NCBI GenBank assembly: GCA_002220235.1
Contig: FO082266.1
Reading direction: 5' to 3' (one strand)
Length of the DNA: 32,000 nt
Source: Bathycoccus prasinos
Lineage: Eukaryota
Part shown: piece by piece, positions 22,140 to 29,684 of the stretch
Position numbering within the stretch: position 1 is the first letter of the stretch
Layout of the letters: the number at the start of each line of letters is the position of its first letter
Notes under the pieces: model-generated
The model's input: the letters and a program-made list of their open reading frames with translations, nothing else
What the model was told of the DNA's origin: nothing
Database searches by the model: none
Made by a program: the position numbers and the translations under genes

Positions 22140-25031
22140 ATGAGCGGGAACAATAATAACCACCCGCGCGAGGACAAAGGAAGTGGAAGTGGCGCCGCTG
22201 GTTCTGGTTCTGGTTCCTCTTCGAATAATCGGAATTGGACGAACGAAGCGTTGCATTTCTCCAAAGGCTCCGTCAGGCTCCACGAGTTTCGGAACGCGTG
22301 GGAACGGACCATTCAAGACGCCAAGGCGAAGTTTATCGTCGTCGGGAACGAGAGCAACAACAACGCGACAAAAAGTTCGTCTTCTTCTAATTACGAGAGG
22401 AATCAACACACTTCCCCCGTTTGGGGTGGATTGCAAACGGCGTTCAGTTCGAGTTTTGAAAACGCCGCTCTCGACCGAGCGATATCGATGGAATCCATTC
22501 GAGAGTTGGCGAAGAGGACGGTACAGAAACCAATCAACGAAGGGTTGTTGAAAGTTGGAGATTCGCAGTTCATGGAAAAGTTTAAGCAACGAGCGGCGTC
22601 GTCGAATGTTGGGAATACCGCGGACGCGAGCGCGGTGACCGGCGGGTTGCGAAGGAGCGCGTCAAAGGCGGACGATTTGAACACGGACGCGAATAAGACG
22701 ATGTGGCCGTCGTCGCCATCGTCTGCTTCGAGTGGAAGGTTGAAAAGAAGTGATTCCAAGAATGGCGGCGGCGAGGAAGATGCGAATATTCAGAGTTTAA
22801 GCGGGAGGAGCTCGCCGTTTTCGTCGTCGCAAGATTTGAGCGCGATTATCGAGAAGAACGTCATGCCGAAAGTGAAGGATATCACGGAGAACATCACGAA
22901 GAATTTGCAAAGGCCGCCAGAAGGATGGGACGTGTTTAAAGCGGTGAGCAGTAGTAAACCGAAATCATCATCGGGAGGCGCCTCGACGCCCCATAACAGC
23001 AGTAGTAACAATAGTAGTAAAAATAAAAAGTTCACCTTTTCGGGATTGAGCTCGCGAAGGAGTTCGCAAGAGTCGTTGCGTTCGCTTTCCGATAACGAAA
23101 CAGATAACGACGGAGGAGGAGGTGATTTACAAGAAACGACGGGGGAATTTGACGACGTCGAATTGCGCGAAAAGTTCGGGAAGGTGACGTTACAAACCAC
23201 CAGAAGATTGTTACGCAAAGCGTCCTCGGAGGCGTTGGATACGTTGAAATCCAAATTTACGAACCCGAGCAGCAGCGGCACCGAAACGAAAGGGGAAACG
23301 AACAACGAAATGGTCGCGACGACAATAACGACGCCATTGAAAACAAAAGAAGGTGAAAGAGAACAGTTTTCTATCGTTGGCGGTAGTTCTGGTGGTAAAA
23401 AACAAGACGTCTCTACGCAAACGACATCTCCGCACGCGCCGCGATCGATCAAAGAACCCGGGAGAAAAGTCGCCATCGTCACCACCGCGACGCTGCCTTG
23501 GATGACGGGAACTGCGGTTAACCCGCTCTTACGCGCGGCGTATTTAGCCCGGCGCGGATTACACGAAGTCACCCTCGTTGTTCCGTTCATCCCCGTCGAC
23601 GAGCAGAAAACGTTGCATCCGAACAACGTCTTTGAGTCGCCGGAGCAACAAGAAACGTTCGTTCGAAACTGGGTAAAAGAACGATGCGGATTTGACGTTC
23701 CAAACTTAAAGTTGAACTTTTACCCGGGAAGATACGCGACGGATAAGATGAGCATTATCCCGGTAGGAGACGTTTCCTCTCACATTAAAAACTCCAACGA
23801 CGTCGCCGTTTTGGAGGAACCGGAACATTTGAACTGGTTCCACACCGGTCCGCGATGGAGCGATACGTTTGAACACGTCGTCGGGATTATTCACACGAAC
23901 TATTTGGATTACGTTCGTTTGGAAAATCACGGAAAAGTAAAAGAAAAGGCGTTAGGGTTCGTAAATTCAGTCGTTTCGAGAGTGCACTGTCACAAAGTCA
24001 TCAAACTTTCGGACGCCGTGCAAGAGTTTCCTAGGAGTTGCACGATGAACGTGCACGGGGTGAGTCCGGTGTTTTTAGACGTTGGCGCGTCGAAGGCGGC
24101 GGCAAAGAGAGTGCAGTTGATGCGCGAAGACGACGAGCTTCTCGATAACGTTGGTTTAACCAACAGTGAACCACAGTTTGCATCGATCACGTCGACAACG
24201 AAAGCCTCCTCGTCCTCGTCCTCTTTGTCCGCGGCGAAACGGAAAAAGAAGAAGGATATCAACAACAAGAACAACGAAACGAACGAGAACGAACGATCGG
24301 TTTTTACCAAAGGCGCGTACTTCCTCGGCAAAGTTGTTTGGGGTAAAGGCTACCACGAACTCCTCGATTGCGTCGAAAAACACAACGCGAACGCGGAATA
24401 CGGCCAAACCTGCCCCATCTCCATGGACGTGTACGGCAACGGCGAAGACTTGGAATCGGTCGAGCGAACCGCGATGGATAAAAAGTTACCTTTGAATTTC
24501 AAAGGACGCTTGGACCACGCGAATCCAACCGTCCACGATTATAAAATTTTCGTCAATCCTTCTTTGTCCGACGTGGTGGCAACCACCACGGCGGAAGCGT
24601 TAGCCATGGGTAAATTCGTCGTCTGCGCGAAGCACCCGAGCAACGAATTCTTCTCCTCCTTTCCAAACTGTTTGACGTACGGCAATCAGGAGGAGTTTTC
24701 GCAGTGCATGAAGAAAGCGTTCGACACGGAACCGAAACCGCTCTCGGCGGAAGACGCGTACCGATTAAGTTGGGAAGCGGCGACGGACCGGTTCTTAGAC
24801 GCCGCGGAGCTCGGGCCGGAGCACAAGGAGAAGCAGCCGGGACTCTCGAAAGTTTCCGAGTCGGTGGCGGCTTCCGCGTTTTACGCCTTGAACAACATCG
24901 AAGGCGTTCGACAAGCTTTGGGTGCGGGAAAAAACACGCACTCGATAGATGCGCCGGAAAAGTTAGATTCCAATTGGAAACCGGAAAAGTGGGAAGTCGC
25001 CGGATTAGCCTCCTCGACGAAGAAAAAGTAA
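22140..25031 (+). CDS. DGD1: Digalactosyldiacylglycerol synthase (DGD1 type, GT4) with a ~440-aa N-terminal extension
   Basis: ORF 22083..25031 starts at TTG; the first ATG is 22140. The catalytic part, from 23459, reads RKVAIVTTATLPWMTGTAVNPLLRAAYLA..SPEQQETFVRNWVKERCGF..FYPGRYATDKMSIIPVGDVS..VAVLEEPEHLNWFHTGPRWSDTFEHVVGIIHTNYLDYV. This is nearly colinear with plant DGD1/DGD2. Confidence 0.9.
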   Translation: MSGNNNNHPREDKGSGSGAAGSGSGSSSNNRNWTNEALHFSKGSVRLHEFRNAWERTIQDAKAKFIVVGNESNNNATKSSSSSNYERNQHTSPVWGGLQTAFSSSFENAALDRAISMESIRELAKRTVQKPINEGLLKVGDSQFMEKFKQRAASSNVGNTADASAVTGGLRRSASKADDLNTDANKTMWPSSPSSASSGRLKRSDSKNGGGEEDANIQSLSGRSSPFSSSQDLSAIIEKNVMPKVKDITENITKNLQRPPEGWDVFKAVSSSKPKSSSGGASTPHNSSSNNSSKNKKFTFSGLSSRRSSQESLRSLSDNETDNDGGGGDLQETTGEFDDVELREKFGKVTLQTTRRLLRKASSEALDTLKSKFTNPSSSGTETKGETNNEMVATTITTPLKTKEGEREQFSIVGGSSGGKKQDVSTQTTSPHAPRSIKEPGRKVAIVTTATLPWMTGTAVNPLLRAAYLARRGLHEVTLVVPFIPVDEQKTLHPNNVFESPEQQETFVRNWVKERCGFDVPNLKLNFYPGRYATDKMSIIPVGDVSSHIKNSNDVAVLEEPEHLNWFHTGPRWSDTFEHVVGIIHTNYLDYVRLENHGKVKEKALGFVNSVVSRVHCHKVIKLSDAVQEFPRSCTMNVHGVSPVFLDVGASKAAAKRVQLMREDDELLDNVGLTNSEPQFASITSTTKASSSSSSLSAAKRKKKKDINNKNNETNENERSVFTKGAYFLGKVVWGKGYHELLDCVEKHNANAEYGQTCPISMDVYGNGEDLESVERTAMDKKLPLNFKGRLDHANPTVHDYKIFVNPSLSDVVATTTAEALAMGKFVVCAKHPSNEFFSSFPNCLTYGNQEEFSQCMKKAFDTEPKPLSAEDAYRLSWEAATDRFLDAAELGPEHKEKQPGLSKVSESVAASAFYALNNIEGVRQALGAGKNTHSIDAPEKLDSNWKPEKWEVAGLASSTKKK

Positions 25032-25193
25032 ATCACGTTTTGGAGAAGAGAAAAGATAAACGCAAAAGGCGCATCGCCAGCGCTTTGCGCTGGCTGTTTA
25101 TTATCAAAGTAAACTGTTGTAAAATTATACACGCACGAGACGCTCTCAATATTATTATCATTAAACTACGTTACACGCTAAACCCCGCTATCA

Positions 25194-25841
25194 TCACAAA
25201 CCACTCATCGCGTTATCCTCCTCGTTCTTCTCCGAGCACTTCTTACATTCCTCCTCGTACTTCGGGTACGTCTTCTTACACGACTCGCACTGCACCAACG
25301 TCAACAAACCCGGATCTTTCGCGAACCTCTTCATCCTCCGCCAGTGCTCTTCCACTTTCGGCCGTTCTGCCAAGTATTTCCTCATCGAATTTCGTTTCCT
25401 CTCGCCGTTGTTTTCCATGATGAACATTTGTTTCTGCATCGCTCGTTTGTACTTATTTTTGTTCCTTTGCGGTTGGAAAGACCTTCCACCACATTTGCTC
25501 GAACTTTCTTTCGCTTTCACTTCCCGGTCCCATTTCTCTTTTCGGTGGAGTAAGAGGAACTTCCTGTCCGGGTCGTTTTTCTTCACGTCCTCGAGCTCTT
25601 CCACTCTGTCGTCGTACGGGTGTTCGTCCTTCGAGAGCATCGGCGGGCGGTACCCGCCGCGAGTGGTTTTCGAGGTTGCGTTCGGGCCTTGACGGTACGA
25701 ACGAATCTGATGATGCAAAGAAGACGAAGGTAAAGAAGAAGACGTGGTTTCGCCGCCTTCGCGAGTAAAAGAGGAGATCATTCGAGAGAGGAGCGTCGTC
25801 TGCGTCGTCGTTTTCGCGAGGCGAGTTCTGGATGACATCAT
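25194..25841 (-). CDS. Hypothetical basic protein with C-terminal CxxC-x10-CxxC zinc ribbon; possibly a mitochondrial bL32-like protein
   Basis: ATG-to-stop ORF of 215 aa. The N-terminus looks like a presequence (MMSSRTRLAKTTTQ..). A basic block GERKRNSMRKY is followed by LVQCESCKKTYPKYEEECKKC. The spacing and basic lead-in resemble bL32 (PKKKxSxxKK ... CxxC..CxxC). This is a weak call from memory. Confidence 0.5.
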   Translation of the reverse strand: MMSSRTRLAKTTTQTTLLSRMISSFTREGGETTSSSLPSSSLHHQIRSYRQGPNATSKTTRGGYRPPMLSKDEHPYDDRVEELEDVKKNDPDRKFLLLHRKEKWDREVKAKESSSKCGGRSFQPQRNKNKYKRAMQKQMFIMENNGERKRNSMRKYLAERPKVEEHWRRMKRFAKDPGLLTLVQCESCKKTYPKYEEECKKCSEKNEEDNAMSGL

Positions 25842-25880
25842 CTTTGTTGTTTTTTACGCGTTCTTTTGCCCGGATGGAAA

Positions 25881-26273
25881 ATGACGAATTTCCCCAGAGT
25901 TCAAGACGCTTTGAACAAAGCAATGAACGAGGACGACTTCGAGGACGACGAAGCCGCATTCCTCCGCCTCTCCTCGCTCACCCCGGAGGAGCTTTCAAAA
26001 CACACCGCGAAATCTCGCGACGCGCTCGATCTTCGCTTGAAACGGTTGAGTTCTTTATACGAAAGCACGGAGTTGGAATTTAAGGAGATGGAACGAGTGA
26101 AGGAGAAGTTATTGGAAAACGTAAACAAGCTGCGAGAGATGACGAGAGAGGAGGGAGAGGAAGAGGAAGAGGAAGAGGAAGAGGACGGAGAGATTCAGAG
26201 GCTGGAGAGGCTGCTTTTGGAGGAGAAGGAGAAACAGAGGGCGATGATGACGACGACGTCTGATAAGAAGTGA
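25881..26273 (+). CDS. Hypothetical small coiled-coil protein (130 aa) with poly-Glu tract
   Basis: ORF 25866..26273 starts at TTG; the first ATG is 25881 (MTNFPRVQDALNKAMNEDDF...). Heptad-like LRLKRLSSLYESTELEFKEMERVKEKLLENVNKLREM is followed by E-rich sequence. No family recognised. Confidence 0.5.
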   Translation: MTNFPRVQDALNKAMNEDDFEDDEAAFLRLSSLTPEELSKHTAKSRDALDLRLKRLSSLYESTELEFKEMERVKEKLLENVNKLREMTREEGEEEEEEEEEDGEIQRLERLLLEEKEKQRAMMTTTSDKK

Positions 26274-26452
26274 AAGCAGAGTTTAAAGAGAAAGAGAAGC
26301 TTTGGTTGAGAGTAGAATGTACGATAATAATAGCAGTAGTGATCGTAGTAGTTTGTTTTAGGAGTAGCCGATTCATTCGCTAATAACGCGTGCCGCGATG
26401 ATTGTGACGTTGCCAAGACGTGCATTCTCGACGCGCCGAAAGTTTCTCTCTT

Positions 26453-27412
26453 TTATCGCTTCACCCACTGAAACGCCTTTCTCGCTTTCTTCAAACCGGG
26501 TTTTTTCCGCTCCACAATTCTCGAGTCTCGGGTCAAAAATCCAAGCGGTTTCAACTGCGCGCGAAAGGCCGGGTCGTAATTTTGTAAACTCCTCGCCACG
26601 CCTAAACGAGCGGCTTGACTTTGACCGCTCAAGCCGCCGCCGTGGACGAGGACGCGCACGTCGAACAATCCTAAAGTGTTCGTCGCCGCAAACGGCGCTA
26701 AGACGTGCTGCCGCAAACTGACGTCTTGGAAATACTCGTCCAGAGGTTTCCCATTGATGACGATTTCCCCGAACACTTCCTCCTCCTCCTCTGTCTCCTC
26801 CTCGTCTCCTGCTTTACTACCTTTCGCCGGAACAATCCTAACTTGCGCCACCGCCGTCTTCCTCTTCCCGGTCCCGACGCTCCCGCCGAATCGATCGATT
26901 TTCTTCACTCTGTTCATAGTTTGCTCCATTTGCTTTATCTTTTCTCTCTCTTGCCGTTTCTCCTTCTCTAAACTCTTCGCGTCTTGGTAAAAATGTTCCA
27001 GCGGCGGTAACCGATCCTCCGCTCTCGGTTCTTCCCTCTCTAAAACCAATGCCCTCAACTCTTCGATGATTTCTTTTTCCTCTTTCGTTTGCGTCTCCAA
27101 GTGCCTCTCGGCCGTTGGGTCGTTAAACTCGCCGTATAAAACGCCTTCCGGTATGTCGTCGATGTTGTTCGTGCCGTCTGGGATGTCCGAGGGAACTGGG
27201 ATGGCGATTTGTGAGCAGATCATCGCGAGGATTTCAGACTCTGAATGCGGGCGTTTTTTGCTCGATTTGGATGCAAAACGACGCGCTCGATGTGTGGTAT
27301 GCATCGCTTGAATCATCGTCGGTGGATTCGAGAAAGGAGGAACAGCGTTGCTCCCTTTACTGGTGGAAGCGAGGAGCGATCGCGCGATGCGTTTCGCGTT
27401 TTGTCGAAACAT
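26453..27412 (-). CDS. Ribosomal protein uS9, organellar (probably mitochondrial) form with long N-terminal extension
   Basis: The C-terminal 130 aa are classic S9: GKRKTAVAQVRIVP..IVINGKPLDEYF..LRQHVLAPF..FDVRVLVHGGGLSGQSQAARLGVARSL..LKPLGFLTRDSRIVERKKPGLKKARKAFQWVKR. The ~190-aa N-terminal extension begins like a presequence. Confidence 0.9.
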   Translation of the reverse strand: MFRQNAKRIARSLLASTSKGSNAVPPFSNPPTMIQAMHTTHRARRFASKSSKKRPHSESEILAMICSQIAIPVPSDIPDGTNNIDDIPEGVLYGEFNDPTAERHLETQTKEEKEIIEELRALVLEREEPRAEDRLPPLEHFYQDAKSLEKEKRQEREKIKQMEQTMNRVKKIDRFGGSVGTGKRKTAVAQVRIVPAKGSKAGDEEETEEEEEVFGEIVINGKPLDEYFQDVSLRQHVLAPFAATNTLGLFDVRVLVHGGGLSGQSQAARLGVARSLQNYDPAFRAQLKPLGFLTRDSRIVERKKPGLKKARKAFQWVKR

Positions 27413-27547
27413 TAGTAGTATTGGTGTTGATGTTATTTATAATGACGCATCGAAAGTAGAGAGGTCTTTTGAATGTTGGGCGGGATACGCATGCGGGGGG
27501 ACGAACGAGTACTAAGAGGTACTTAAATAATTATTTATTTCAAAGTT

Positions 27548-29134
27548 TCACGCTTTAAACGATTTACTCATCGTGGACGGCGATTTCATCAAGCCGTTTT
27601 TCTTCCTGTCTCTCCTCTTGTATCGAATTTTGCACGGATGTTTCGGGCCGACGACCATGCCTTCGTAATCGGGTTCGGGTAAGTCGCCGATTAAATCAAA
27701 CTCAAAGTTTCGAATCAACACGGACCAGATGGTTTTGATTTGCATGAAGGCGAAGGTTTCGCCCATGCATCCGTGTCGACCGGCGCCGAAGCCGATGTAC
27801 GAGGCGAACTTGTTTTCGTCCGATTTGAAGCGTTGCGGGTCGTAGGTGTTTGGGTTTTTGAAGACGGAGTCCATGCGATGGGCAAACGCCGGAGAGGTGG
27901 CGCAGATGTGGCCCTTCGGGACGGTGTATTTCTTACCGTCCGAAGTTTCCACGTCAAAGTTCACCTGCGCTTTTCTCAAAAGCATGATCAAAGGCGGGTG
28001 CATTCGCAACGCTTCCTTCACCGCAAAGTGTAACTCGTCCATTTCCGCCAACACGTCGAAATCAATCTTCGTGCCGTGTTTTTTCATGATTTTTTGCTGC
28101 TCTTGCTCGAGATACGGCATCACGCGTTCTTTATTCGCAATCGCGAGTAATCCAGTCCACGTGCTCGTGATGGAACTCGTGTGTTGCCCGGCGAACAACA
28201 CCGCGATCAACATCCCCAAAACTTGGTCGTTGGTCAACTTCGACCCGTCTTTATACCTGGCGTCGATGAACGTCTGCAACACGTCCGGCTCCAAACTCCC
28301 GCTCTCTCTTCTCGCTTGAATCACCTTGTCAAAAATCAACGCCAAATCTTTCCTCGCCTTATCTCTTTTCCTATGCGCTTCGATCGGCGCGTACGGGAAA
28401 AACACCGACAACGGCACCATCCCTTTATCCAAATCGTGCACCAACGCCGTCACCTCTGAAAACAAATTCTCGCGAATTTCTCTCCCGAGCAAACATCTAC
28501 TCGCTGTCAAAACGATCAGCTCGCTCAGAGAGTCCAACAAATCCACCTCGCCTTCGTCTCCCCACTTCTCGAAAAACGCATCCGCCTCTTTCACCATCAT
28601 CCCGACGTACGTTCTTAACCGCTCGCTCTTCAACGAATCCGCGAAAAACCGAAACTGTTCCGCTCGCGTCTGATGATCGACGTCAAAAACGACGCCTTTC
28701 CCGAACGTCGGCACGTTAAACTCGTACACTTCTTTCTGCGACATCTCCACATCCTTCGCTTTGAAGAAAAACTCGGAGACTTTCGGTCCGATCAAAAACG
28801 TGATTCGCTCGTGAAACACCGGCACGGTGAACACTTCCCCGTATTTCGGGAACGCTTTCGCCATCAGTTTCATCGGGCCTTTGAGAAACTCCAGCATCCC
28901 GCCGACGAGAGGGATTTTTAAACCGCCGTTCCACTCGATTAAAGGTGGCGTTTTCTTCGATTTGAAAACTTTACGCGTCAGAACGTCCAAAACGACCAAG
29001 AGAAGGAACACGATCAGCGATGCGATGGAAACGACGCAGACGCTCCAAAGGATAAAATCATTTCTCGTCGTCGCTACCACCGCTGCTGGTGTTTCTCGCT
29101 TGAAGAAAAAAACGAGAGGAGGCGTCGAAAACAT
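27548..29134 (-). CDS. CYP51: Sterol 14-alpha-demethylase (cytochrome P450 CYP51)
   Basis: There is an N-terminal membrane anchor. CYP51 signatures are present: YEFNVPTFGKGVVFDV, LIAVLFAGQHTSSITSTW (I-helix AGQHTS), and heme loop FGAGRHGCMGETFAFMQIK. Confidence 0.92.
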   Translation of the reverse strand: MFSTPPLVFFFKRETPAAVVATTRNDFILWSVCVVSIASLIVFLLLVVLDVLTRKVFKSKKTPPLIEWNGGLKIPLVGGMLEFLKGPMKLMAKAFPKYGEVFTVPVFHERITFLIGPKVSEFFFKAKDVEMSQKEVYEFNVPTFGKGVVFDVDHQTRAEQFRFFADSLKSERLRTYVGMMVKEADAFFEKWGDEGEVDLLDSLSELIVLTASRCLLGREIRENLFSEVTALVHDLDKGMVPLSVFFPYAPIEAHRKRDKARKDLALIFDKVIQARRESGSLEPDVLQTFIDARYKDGSKLTNDQVLGMLIAVLFAGQHTSSITSTWTGLLAIANKERVMPYLEQEQQKIMKKHGTKIDFDVLAEMDELHFAVKEALRMHPPLIMLLRKAQVNFDVETSDGKKYTVPKGHICATSPAFAHRMDSVFKNPNTYDPQRFKSDENKFASYIGFGAGRHGCMGETFAFMQIKTIWSVLIRNFEFDLIGDLPEPDYEGMVVGPKHPCKIRYKRRDRKKNGLMKSPSTMSKSFKA

Positions 29135-29270
29135 CGTCTTTCCTTCTTCTTCCTTCTCTTTCTCTAAATTTCTCTCGCACTCCTGCGCTTAAAGTCTTTG
29201 ATTCTGATGCGTCCAAATCTACGCTCGTCGAAGCAAAAACGCAAGACTTTTCAGAGAGAGTTTTGCAAAA

Positions 29271-29280
29271 TTTAGGGTTT
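29271..29280. promoter_or_regulatory. Telo-box TTTAGGGTTT
   Basis: It sits in the CYP51/MATE divergent intergenic region, 137 nt upstream of the CYP51 ATG. Confidence 0.4.
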
Positions 29281-29340
29281 ATGTAACGAGAACCCTGAGT
29301 CTGTAAGTGCTTACTCCTAAGTGCATATATTCTTACTACG

Positions 29341-29350
29341 AAACCCTAAA
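29341..29350. promoter_or_regulatory. Telo-box AAACCCTAAA (opposite orientation to 29271)
   Basis: Same intergenic region, forming an inverted pair with 29271..29280. Confidence 0.4.
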
Positions 29351-29483
29351 ATATATACTCTGTGAGTGCTTCGTTCTTACTCCTCAGTCTCTCTGTCGTA
29401 CTCTCCTCTCTTTTGCTCTTTTTGGCGTCGTTTGGGAAACGCGAGAGAAGAAAAAAAGCGTCAAACCAACTCGCACGTTTTGT

Positions 29484-29538
29484 GCATACTTTATTACTCT
29501 CTGTTCTGTTTAACGCGCATAGCATACTTTATTACTCT
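29484..29538. repeat. Perfect 17-nt direct repeat GCATACTTTATTACTCT (29484..29500 and 29522..29538)
   Basis: Read directly. The spacing is 38 nt, upstream of the MATE ORF. Confidence 0.95.
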
Positions 29539-29684
29539 TTAAAGGTTGACGCGCAAACGCAGCGTTTGTCGATCGTCATCTTTTGAGGAGAGAGACGAGA
29601 GCTTTCTCCTGCGTATTTATTCCTCCTCCTTCCTGCGTCGTGTGTATGTGTTCGTCGTAGAGGGAAGACGTGAAAAGGATTCCG

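Noticed and set aside
25076-25094. GC-rich hairpin GCCAGCGC-TTT-GCGCTGGC in the convergent DGD1 / zinc-ribbon gene 3' spacer. It looks like a bacterial intrinsic terminator.
   Set aside because: This is a eukaryotic context. About 3 such 8-bp short-loop hairpins are expected by chance in the window, and no comparable hairpin is found in the other convergent spacers.
29303-29330. GTGCTTACTCCTAAGTGCATATAT superficially resembles the U6 snRNA 5' stem-loop plus the CACAUAUAC region.
   Set aside because: There is no ACAGAGA box or AGC triad anywhere nearby, and the proposed 5' stem does not pair.
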